Positions 1-7,432 of a stretch of 12,039 nucleotides of DNA are shown here, piece after piece (position 1 is the stretch's first letter; every line of letters begins with the position of its first letter). A program made the translations under genes and the position numbers. The notes under the pieces are model-generated. The model was given only the letters and a program-made list of their open reading frames with translations, was not told where the DNA came from and made no database searches. Location of the stretch: NCBI RefSeq assembly GCF_006345805.1, contig NW_021826665.1, forward strand, positions 1 through 12,039. The letters are read 5' to 3'. This DNA comes from Octopus sinensis. Taxonomy: Eukaryota.

Positions 1-180
1 CTTCGTCTTTTATCGTTTACGCACTGCCATGAATTTCAGTCGAATGAATCGATTCCAGAACATATCATTTATTCTAAGCCTGTGGTACTTATTCTATCGG
101 TCTCTTTTGTCGAACCATTATGTACGGCGACGTAAACACACCAACACCGGTTGCCAAGCGGTGGTGTGGGACAAATACAC
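1..180 (-). mobile_element. 3' half (tail) of an Octopus-type SINE, truncated by the window edge
   Basis: The reverse complement reads TTTGTCCCACACCACCGCTTGGCAACCGGTGTTGGTGTGTTTACGTC...TTCGACAAAAGAGACCGATAGAATAAGTACC. It is clearly homologous to the plus-strand copy at 8439-8620. Confidence 0.75.
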
Positions 181-340
181 GCATGCACATGCACACGCAT
201 ATATATATATATGTATGTATATGTTATATATATATAATATATATAGTGTGTGTGGTGTGTGGTGTGTGTGTGTGTATGCATGTATGTATATCTATCTATA
301 TATATATATATATTATATATATATATTATATATATATATA
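181..340. repeat. Compound (CA)/(TA)/(TG) microsatellite
   Basis: Dinucleotide runs are directly visible. The Tc1 element is inserted at the terminal TA. Confidence 0.9.
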
Positions 341-1551
341 CAGGGGTTGCACAAAATATGGTAACATCTAGCATCATAGCAAAATAATTTTAAATATCTA
401 TAAAACTGTCAAAAGCTTGTTTATTCTTATGTTGTTGTTTTTTATTATTAGTGTTGCCTAAAATGTTTTGCTAAAATTGCTGTTTATTTTCATATTTCAT
501 CAAAAAAAAAGGTAATTAAAATTCATTAAAATGACAGATCTATCGGACTTTCAAAGAGGTCAAATTGTTGGTGTTCGTATGGCAGGCGCTAGCACAACGA
601 AAGCAGCCGATATGCTTGGGGTATCAAGAAATACTGTCTCTAAAGTAATAACAGCCTCTGAGAAAGAGGGAAAAACCTCCTAGTCGAAACAAAACTCCGG
701 AAGAAAATACAAAGAATCACAAAAGTATAGCTCCCAAAATTACTGCAGAGCTTAATGACCACCTCGAGAACTCGGTTTCCACAAAACTGTTCGCTGCTCA
801 AAGCCGGATTTCACGGGAGGGCTGCAACCAGAAAACCGCTACTTTCAGAAACAAACATTGCAAAGCGTTTAGAGTGGAGTAAAAACCTACAGAATTGGTC
901 CCTAGAGCAGTGGAAGATGTTATTTTCTCGGACGAGTCATCCTTTACCTTATTTCTGCCGAGTATACATGTGGAGACAGCCAAAAGAAACATTTGACCCA
1001 GACTGCTTTCTTGCAACTGTTAAACATGGAGGAGGATCTGTGATGATCTGGGAGGCTATATCTTGGAAATCCACCAGCCCAATGGTTTCCTTCATGGTAG
1101 AATTAATAGTCAAGACAATTTAAGCATTTTATCTGATCAAATTCATCCTATGGTTGCGGAACTGTTTCCGGGGGGAAACGCAATCTTTCAGGATGATAAT
1201 GCACCAATTCATACAGTTAAAGTTGTTACTGAATGGCACGAGGAACATTCTAGTGAAGTTCAACATCTTATCTGGCCACCACAGTCCCCAGATCTCAATA
1301 TTATTGAACATTTATGGTGCATCTTAGAAAAACAAGCAAGGAGTCGATATCCTCCACCATCATCACTACAAGAACTGGAGACTGTTTTAGCTGAAGAATG
1401 GGACAAAAATTCTTTTGGAAACAATTCAAACTGTACGAGTCCATACCTCGTAGAATTCAAGCTGTAAATACTACCAAAGGTGGTCCTACCCCATATTAAA
1501 ATAAATTCGTTTGAAATTTTTAGGTGTTTCCTTTATTTTGTTCAACCCCTG
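341..1551 (+). mobile_element. Full-length (1211 bp) Tc1/mariner DNA transposon, DD36E/Incomer-like
   Basis: About 30-bp imperfect TIRs: left 341-370 CAGGGGTTGCACAAAATATGGTAACATCTA, right 1521-1551 (reverse complement CAGGGGTTGAACAAAATAAAGGAAACACCTA). TA flanks at 339-340 and 1552-1553. An internal transposase remnant is present. Confidence 0.95.
531..1499 (+). pseudogene. Disrupted Tc1-family transposase with D,D36E catalytic triad
   Basis: ATG at 531 gives MTDLSDFQRGQIVGVRMAGAS...GVSRNTVSK (HTH region), then an in-frame TAG at 681-683 and several frameshifts. Motifs: FSDES (D at 931-933), TVKHGGGSVMIW, FQDDNAPIH (catalytic D at 1195-1197), WPPQSPDLNIIEHLW (E at 1306-1308). The C-terminus reads ...KGGPTPY* with TAA at 1497-1499. 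Confidence 0.93.
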
Positions 1552-1607
1552 TATATATATGTGTGTGTGTGTGTATGTGTGTGTGTGTGTGTATGTGTGT
1601 GTGTGTT
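1552..1607. repeat. (TA)/(TG)n microsatellite
   Basis: Directly visible. Confidence 0.9.
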
Positions 1608-1676
1608 TCTGCGGGTCGAGTATCAAAGGACCAATAAAGAGACTCCTTTGATGCTGTTTCAACCTATGGTTGAGTG

Positions 1677-1870
1677 TTGATGTTGTTGTTGTTGTTTAAC
1701 CCCAGGTCAACGGTGACTGAGCATACATATGATCAACTTCATTCCACCCTTGACCGCTTTACCTTCTACTATGGAACACTAAATATCCACAGTGTCCTTC
1801 AGTTCCTTCTTTTTCGTCCAAAGCAGAATGTGATTTTAAAGAGATTTGGTCACTCTTTCTAGCAAGTCCA
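1677..1870 (-). mobile_element. Diverged retroposon (SINE-like) fragment ending in an (AAC)n tail, copy 1
   Basis: A (TTG)n run is followed by TTTAACCCCAGGTCA...CATTCCACCCTTGACC...GAATGTGATTTTAAAGAGATTTGG. It is loosely similar to 3721-3935. Confidence 0.5.
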
Positions 1871-1905
1871 AGTTCCCACTTTGATGGCTGGGCTTCTGGG
1901 TCTTT

Positions 1906-2319
1906 TGATCTTTTCGGTTTGAACGGCAGTTTTTTCTAGCGGTGTCATATGAAATTGTCACCCATAATTATGACCCTAGAATCGATCTATTGCATTTCAA
2001 TCTCTTTTAGGGTTAGGGTTAGGGGTGGGAGGAGGGATCTTTTTTTCTTCACAAATGTAAATAAACCCAATCTGTTTCTTAAACGAGGGACATCTTCATA
2101 CGGCACAGAATGGTTTTTTTACCTCAATAGACGTCACTGATTGGTTGAAATTGCAGAAATTGAAGAAAAAAACAACAAATATCTTACAAACTATAGAATT
2201 TTCTCAATAAAACCAAGAGAAAAAGATGTTTTATAAACACTTCTACCAGTATACGAAGTTTAAAATTTTTAGTTACCTAGAAATTATGTTAAAAACTGCC
2301 GTTCAAACCGAAAAGATCC
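1906..2319. mobile_element. Non-autonomous DNA transposon (MITE), 414 bp, with 28-bp perfect TIRs and an 8-bp TSD
   Basis: GATCTTTTCGGTTTGAACGGCAGTTTTT (1907-1934) is the exact inverse of AAAAACTGCCGTTCAAACCGAAAAGATC (2291-2318). The direct repeat GGGTCTTT flanks it at 1898-1905 and 2320-2327. It has no coding capacity. Confidence 0.9.
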
Positions 2320-2619
2320 GGGTCTTTCACTTGCTTTGATATTGCAGGCAATTTATATTATTATCATTATTATTGTGACCACCAAATGTTTTTAAATCAT
2401 ACAGTAAAGCTAAACCTATGTCATCGCTTTGGTTTTCATCTGAAAATTTTGGTGGCATTTTTAACATGCAAAGTTAACATCGAAGGAAAAGGTTAACAAA
2501 CATTCATCAATAGAGCAATATTTAATCTCTTAAATGTTTACCTTCCTACGTCGACATTTAAAATCGGTCATTATTTGACGAACAACTTCGTATGCAAATG
2601 AATAAACAAATCTACTAAA

Positions 2620-2658
2620 TACACACACACCACATACATACACACACACACACACACA
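2620..2658. repeat. (CA)n microsatellite
   Basis: Directly visible. Confidence 0.85.
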
Positions 2659-2807
2659 GTGTTACATACCAAAAGCATAGATTCTATGTGTGAACTTTTA
2701 GAATTTAGCTGTTTAAAATTTTCATCAATGAAATGGAATCACTTCTTACGTGAAGAGATTTATGTTCCAATATTGGAATAGAAAATAACAGCAAGATTAG
2801 GATTTAG

Positions 2808-3191
2808 TCGTCGTCCTCGTCATTGTTGATGTTATTGCTATTGTTGGCGTCGTCATCGTCTTCTTCTTCTTCTTCTTCTTCGTCTTTTTCTTCTTCTACG
2901 TCTTCTTCTTCTTCGTCTTCTTCTTCGTCTTCGTCTTCTTCTTCTTCGTCTTCTTCGTCTTCTCCTTCGTCTTCTTCTTCGTCTTCGTCTTCTTCTTCGT
3001 CGTCTTCGTCTTCCTCTTCTTCTTCGTCTTCTTCGTCTTCTCCTTCGTCTTCTTCTTCTTCGTCTTCTTCTTCGTTTTCCTCTTCTTCTTCGTCTTCTTC
3101 GTCTTCTTCGTCTTCTCCTTCGTCTTCTTCGTCTTCTTCTTCTTCTTCTTCGTCTTCTCGTCGTCTTCGTCTTCTTCTTCGTCTTCTCCTT

Positions 3192-3223
<32 letters not shown>

Positions 3224-3241
3224 TCTTCTTCTTCTTCTTCC
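2808..3241. repeat. Long compound trinucleotide microsatellite (TTC/TCG/TCC)n, i.e. (GAA)n on the minus strand
   Basis: About 400 bp of near-pure pyrimidine strand. It is the source of the poly-S, poly-R and poly-K/T pseudo-ORFs. Confidence 0.95.
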
Positions 3242-3379
3242 AATCAGGACTCACGCCTTTAGCCACAAAGAATGATCTCTAATTCGAGCCTACTCTAAGC
3301 TACCAAGAATTCGTGTGGCAACTTGAAGATCCACCCACCACACGCGATAGACTGGCGGTTGCACGGGCGCGAAAGCTAC

Positions 3380-3720
3380 GTTGTTATCCTCATTCCGTAA
3401 ACGGTGGCTTTTAACGGGTGGAGAGCTGAACCATCCTGGGTTACAGAGGATTCGCAATCTAGACTAGGGTCTGAAAGTTTACCACACCATGGTGGGTTAC
3501 AACATGGTTTCTCTGCTTTGTGGCAGAAGTAGGAAGAAAGAGTGAGAGAAAGCTGTGGTGAAAGTGTACAGCGGGGTTCACCACCCCCACCCAGCCGGAG
3601 CCTCGTGGAGCTGAGGTGTTTTTGCTCAATAAACACTCACAATGCCCGGTCTGGGAATCGAAACCGCGTTCTTACGACCGCGAGTCCGCTGCCCTAACCA
3701 CTGGGCCATTGCGCTTCCAC
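3380..3720 (-). mobile_element. tRNA-derived SINE, same head as the copies at 4112 and 7433 but with a different 3' tail ending GAGGATAACAAC
   Basis: On the minus strand, A box TGGCCCAGTGG (3708-3698) and B box GGTTTCGATTCC (3665-3654). Positions 3524-3720 align to the other two copies; 3380-3523 does not. Confidence 0.85.
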
Positions 3721-3935
3721 ATTGTTGTTGATGTCGTCGTCGTTGTTGTTAATTGTTATTTAGCCTCAGGTCAGTTCTGTTTGAGAAGGCCGCTTAAATA
3801 AAAGGCGTTCCACTCTGGACCATCACGTCTTTTATTTTCCAGAACAACATTCTCCAGCGTAACATTTCTATTTTCAAATAGCCGGATATGTGATTTGAGA
3901 TAGCTTTAGCTGCCATTCCTACCATGTCGAGCCAG
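3721..3935 (-). mobile_element. Diverged retroposon (SINE-like) fragment ending in an (AAC)n-like tail, copy 2
   Basis: A TTG/TCG run is followed by TTTAGCCTCAGGTCAG...GTTCCACTCTGGACCATC...GATATGTGATTTGAGATAGCTTTAGCTGC, homologous to 1677-1870. Confidence 0.5.
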
Positions 3936-3990
3936 CGAGTAGACAATCCATCAGGAGACTTTACAGAGTTTTGTTAAGAGTCTTATCAAT

Positions 3991-4046
3991 GCAGGCTGGC
4001 TTTGTGGTAAGAAGCTTGCATCCCAACCACATGGTTCCGGGTTCAT
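3991..4046 (+). mobile_element. Truncated tRNA-like head of a second SINE family
   Basis: GCAGGCTGGCTTTGTGGTAAGAAGCTTGCATCCCAACCACATGGTTCCGGGTTCA has an A box and a partial B box. It is homologous to 6296-6350. Confidence 0.65.
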
Positions 4047-4111
4047 AGGACGAGAGAAGAAGAGAAGAAAGAGAGAATTTTAAAAAAAACGAGAGAATTA
4101 AAGTTGTAATG

Positions 4112-4493
4112 AAAGCACTCCGTCGGTTACGACGACGAGGGTTCCGGTTGATCCGAATCAACGGAACAGCCTGCTCGTGAAATTAATGTGTAAGTGGCTG
4201 AGCACTCCACAGACACGTGTACCCTTAACATAGTTCTCGGGGATATTCAGCGTGACACAGAGAGTGACAAGGCCGGCCCTTTGAAATACAGGTACAACAG
4301 AAACAGGAAGTAAAAGTGAGAGAAAGTTGTGGCGAAAGAGTACAGCAGGGATCACCACCATCCCTTGCCGGAGCTTCGTGGAGCTTTTAGGTGTTTTCGC
4401 TCAATAAACACTCACAACGCCCAGTCTGGGAATCGAAACCGCGATCCTATGACCGCGAGTCCGCTGCCCTAACCACTGGGCCATTGCGCCTCC
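4112..4493 (-). mobile_element. Full-length tRNA-derived SINE (about 382 bp) with an 11-12-bp TSD
   Basis: A and B boxes lie at the right end. The TSD AAAGTTGTAATG is at 4100-4111 and 4494-4505. It is roughly 95% identical by eye to 7433-7820. Confidence 0.93.
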
Positions 4494-4699
4494 AAAGTTG
4501 TAATGGAGGTATAAACAAATAGAAAGTGAATGACAGATGGATAGAAAAGATGAAGGAAAGAATGGGATGTTTGAGATGAAAAAGTAAAATGTAAGTCGCA
4601 GATATTATTAGGTAAGGGGATAGATATTATTCGAAACAGCTGTAAGTGTGTTTTTTCCCCCAATGTAAACACCTTTAAACACGTTCATTATAGTTGTTG

Positions 4700-4960
4700 A
4701 TTAGTGTGTGCTTATCGATAATGTTTTTGCTAAGTATACCAATAACAGAGCTGGAAGGATAGATAAGACGGATTTTTGAAGAAGTTAGCTTTGTGGTCCT
4801 TTAAAATAAAAAGGGGTTGCTTTGGATCTAAAGATTCGGTCTTCATTTGTAAGTTATATTTTTCCATACTTTTCTTAGCTTCCAGGTTAGCTTTTCTGAT
4901 AGGGTTGTAGCTTTTTACCGAGCATGTATATTTTTTTGTATTTCCTTCCTGGGTAATTTT
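4700..4960 (-). pseudogene. Penelope-like retroelement reverse transcriptase fragment (N-terminal part of RT), frameshifted
   Basis: The minus strand gives ...RKANLEAKKSMEKYNLQMKTESLDPKQPLFILKDHKANFFKNP (LKDHK at 4804-4790) and, after a frameshift, RLIYPSSSVIGILSKNIIDK. This matches the PLE RT signature F-I-x-L-K-D-H-K-x-N-F-x-x-N-P-x-x-R-L-I-x-P-x-x-S-x-I-G-x-x-S-K-x-I-x-D. Confidence 0.8.
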
Positions 4961-4967
4961 AATAGTA

Positions 4968-4988
4968 AGAATTATTATTACTATCATA

Positions 4989-5036
<48 letters not shown>

Positions 5037-5088
5037 ATTAATATTATCATTATTATTATGATGATTATTATTATTATTATTATTGTTT

Positions 5089-5153
<65 letters not shown>
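4968..5153. repeat. Adjacent (ATT)n and (AGT)n trinucleotide microsatellites
   Basis: Directly visible. They supply the poly-L/poly-I part of ORF 4730-5185. Confidence 0.95.
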
Positions 5154-5154
<1 letters not shown>

Positions 5155-5550
5155 ATATAACGTTGAAAGTTAATGGTGACCCCAATGAACTAAGGTGCGC
5201 AAACGTATGTGTGTGTACGTGAGAATCGTCTGTGTGAGTGTGTATGTGTGAATGGAGGCGAGTAAGTCTAATATGTGTGTGTGAGTGTGTGTGTGTGCGT
5301 GTGTGTGTGTGTGTGTATTGTGTGTGTAGCAGCTGATGTGTGCTTCTTCAGGTAGTGTATACACATGTGTATGTGTGTGTGCCTGACCAAATAGAAAGCA
5401 CATTATAGAGCATTTCTGTGGGTGAAAGTAATCTTTGTCTATGCGTGCTGTGTGTATATATATATAACACAACTGCAGCGTGGAAAGTGTTTGTAAGCCA
5501 TTTAAGAAACACACAAAAACCGTTCGATTCAGTTCAACATTTAAGTTTAA

Positions 5551-5601
5551 TTTGTCAAAATATTTTCGTCGCTATAAGACCGCGACCTGTTCACTGACAA
5601 A
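5551..5601 (-). ncRNA. Minimal type I hammerhead ribozyme motif with a G3-C8 core variant
   Basis: The minus strand reads UUUGUCA-GUGAACA-G-GUCGC-GGUCUUAUA-GCGAC-GAA-AAUAUU-U-UGACAAA. This gives a 7-bp stem I, a 5-bp stem II, a palindromic helix III (AAUAUU) and a UUU cleavage triplet. Confidence 0.75.
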
Positions 5602-5623
5602 AATCCGTGATGCAGCACGGATT

Positions 5624-5667
5624 TTTGTCAGTGAACAGTGATTTTGCGACGAAAATATTTTGACAAA
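5624..5667 (+). ncRNA. Mirror copy of the G3-C8 hammerhead with stem II disrupted (probably inactive)
   Basis: TTTGTCA-GTGAACA-G-TGATTTT-GCGAC-GAA-AATATT-T-TGACAAA. The 14 nt carrying the stem II 5' strand and loop are replaced by 7 nt. Confidence 0.6.
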
Positions 5668-5929
5668 TTAAACTTAAATGTTGAAGTGAATCGAACGGTT
5701 TTTGTGTGTTTCTTAAATGGCTTACAAACACTTTCCACGCTGCAGTTGTGTTATATATATATACACACAGCACGCATAGACAAAGATTACTTTCACCCAC
5801 AGAAATGCACTATAATGTGCTTTCTATTTGGTCAGGCACACACACATACACAATTGTTTTCGTTCCAGCACACGATCTCAGATCAAATCACTTGCTATGC
5901 AAGTACATTAACGTAATATATATATATAT

Positions 5930-6131
5930 GTTGACCTCGTGAAGACCACTTGCATTTTTTTCCCTCTGTCCTCCCACCTCGGGATCTTTCTTTCTCCTAT
6001 GTTTCCGACGAAGAGCTCCGCTCGAAACGTCATACCCTCTTTCTTCCCTTTTTTCCTGAGCGCCCAATAATACTTTAATTGTTCCACATCCTCGGGTTGT
6101 TGTCTTTTTGTTTTCTTGTTTGGATTAACTT
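5930..6131 (+). mobile_element. Solo PLE terminal-repeat (pLTR)-like fragment between two (TA)n runs
   Basis: About 200 bp bounded by (TA)n at 5916-5929 and 6132-6155. It contains a minimal hammerhead motif at 6001-6035 followed by pyrimidine-rich sequence. Confidence 0.55.
6001..6035 (+). ncRNA. Minimal type I hammerhead ribozyme motif (U4C, weak stem I)
   Basis: GTTT-CCGACGA-A-GAGC-TCC-GCTC-GAA-ACGT-C-ATAC. Stem II is 4 bp, helix III is the palindrome ACGU, the triplet is GUC, and stem I has 3 of 4 pairs. Confidence 0.6.
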
Positions 6132-6295
6132 TATATATATATATATATATATATACATTGCCTGTGTTCAGGTGTTATGTGTTTGTGTGAGAAGTTCCGA
6201 CAGCTGCCGAGGGGCGTCTAAAAGATAGGAAGTGAATCTATTCGGAAAAAGACATCCAAGGCAATGTGAAGGGACATAGCCAAACAATCTGGCTC

Positions 6296-6452
6296 CAAAT
6301 AGCTGTGTGGCTAAGAAGCCCAATTTACAACCACCTGGTTTCAGGTTCAGTCTCACTGTGCGGCACCTTGACTGTCTTCTACTTTAGCCCCGAGTCGACC
6401 AATGGCTTGTGGGTGACTTTGGTCAACGAAAACTATGTGAAAGCCCGTCCTA
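6296..6452 (+). mobile_element. Diverged 5' half (tRNA-like head plus CORE-like segment) of an Octopus-type SINE
   Basis: AGCTGTGTGGCTAAGAAGC...CAGGTTCAGTCTC (A/B-box-like), then GGCACCTTGACTGTCTTCTACT...AAGCCCGTC, running into a microsatellite. It is homologous to 3991-4046. Confidence 0.65.
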
Positions 6453-6461
6453 TAAGTAGCA

Positions 6462-7163
6462 TATATGTATGTATGTGTACATGTATGTACGTATGTAAGT
6501 ACGTACGTACGTACGTATGTATGTATGTATGTATGTATGCATGCATGTATGTATGTATGCATGTATGTATGTATGTATGTATGTATGCATGTATGTATGT
6601 ATGTATGTGTGTATGTGTGTATGTATGCATGCATGTATGTATGTATGTTTGTGTGTGTGTATGTATGTATGCATGTATGTATGTATGGATGTATGTATGT
6701 ATGTATGTATGTATGTATGCATGTATGTATGTATGTATGTGTGTATGTGTGTATGTATGCATGCATGTATGTATGTATGTATGTGTGTGTGTATGTATGT
6801 ATGTATGAATGTATGTATGCATGTATGTATGAATGTATGTATGCATGCATGTATGTATGTATGTGTGTATGTATGTACGTACATACGTACGTATGTATGT
6901 ATATATGTATGTATGTATGTATGCATGTATGTATGTATGTATGTATGCATGTATGTATGTATGCATGTATGTATGTATGTATGTATGCATGTATGCATGT
7001 ATGTATGTATGTATGTATGTATGCATGTATGTATGTATGTATGTATGCATGTATGTATGTATGTATGTGTGTATGTGTGTATGTATGCATGCATGTATGT
7101 ATGTATGTATGTGTGTGTGTATGTATGCATGTATGTATGTATGTATGCATGTATGTATGTATG

Positions 7164-7197
<34 letters not shown>

Positions 7198-7340
7198 TGT
7201 ATGTATGTATGTATGTATGTATGTATATATGTATGTACGTACGTACGTACGTATGTATGTATGTATGTATGTATGTATGTATTTATATATGTATGCATGT
7301 ATGTATGTATATATGTATGTGTGTATGTGTATATATATAG
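6462..7340. repeat. About 880-bp (TATG)n tetranucleotide microsatellite with CATG/CGTA/TGTG variants
   Basis: Directly visible. It explains the MYVC/HTYI pseudo-ORFs. Confidence 0.97.
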
Positions 7341-7432
7341 TATTTGGAGTCAGCGCATGTGCGTATTTGTATGTTTTGTTTTATGTATGTATTCTCGTGC
7401 ATATTGCTGAATGTCAACGTATGCTCATATAT

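Larger units (their letters stand above)
5366..5852. repeat. 487-bp near-perfect palindrome (head-to-head duplication of a PLE-terminus-like segment)
   Basis: Outer arms 5366-5572 and 5646-5852 are 207 bp each with 2 mismatches. Inner arms 5587-5609 and 5616-5638 are 23 bp and perfect. The central loop is ATGCAG (5610-5615). The asymmetric spacers are 14 nt (5573-5586) and 7 nt (5639-5645). Confidence 0.97.

Noticed and set aside
29-377. ORFs 29-364, 69-377 and 120-371
   Set aside because: They are translations of a SINE tail plus dinucleotide repeats, with no protein-like content.
2823-3275. Poly-Ser, poly-Arg and Lys/Thr-rich ORFs
   Set aside because: They are reading frames of the (TTC)n microsatellite, with no non-repetitive coding context.
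3316-3386. TTGAAGA ... GAAAGCTA hammerhead-like spacing with an AGCU palindrome
   Set aside because: No convincing stem II forms, stem I is out of register, and its putative 3' strand belongs to the adjacent SINE tail.
3640-3720. tRNA-like sequences (also near 4493, 7820 and 10007)
   Set aside because: A and B boxes are present, but there is no closed acceptor stem and each continues into a shared repeat body. They are SINE heads, not tRNA genes.
4633-4650. GAA-ACAGCTGT-A on the plus strand, resembling the 3' half of a hammerhead (palindromic helix III, GUA triplet)
   Set aside because: I found no CUGANGA-like core, no stem II partner and no stem I partner upstream. At best it is a truncated remnant.
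6155-6267. 9-bp inverted repeat ACATTGCCT / AGGCAATGT
   Set aside because: It is too short and has no TSD, so it is compatible with chance.
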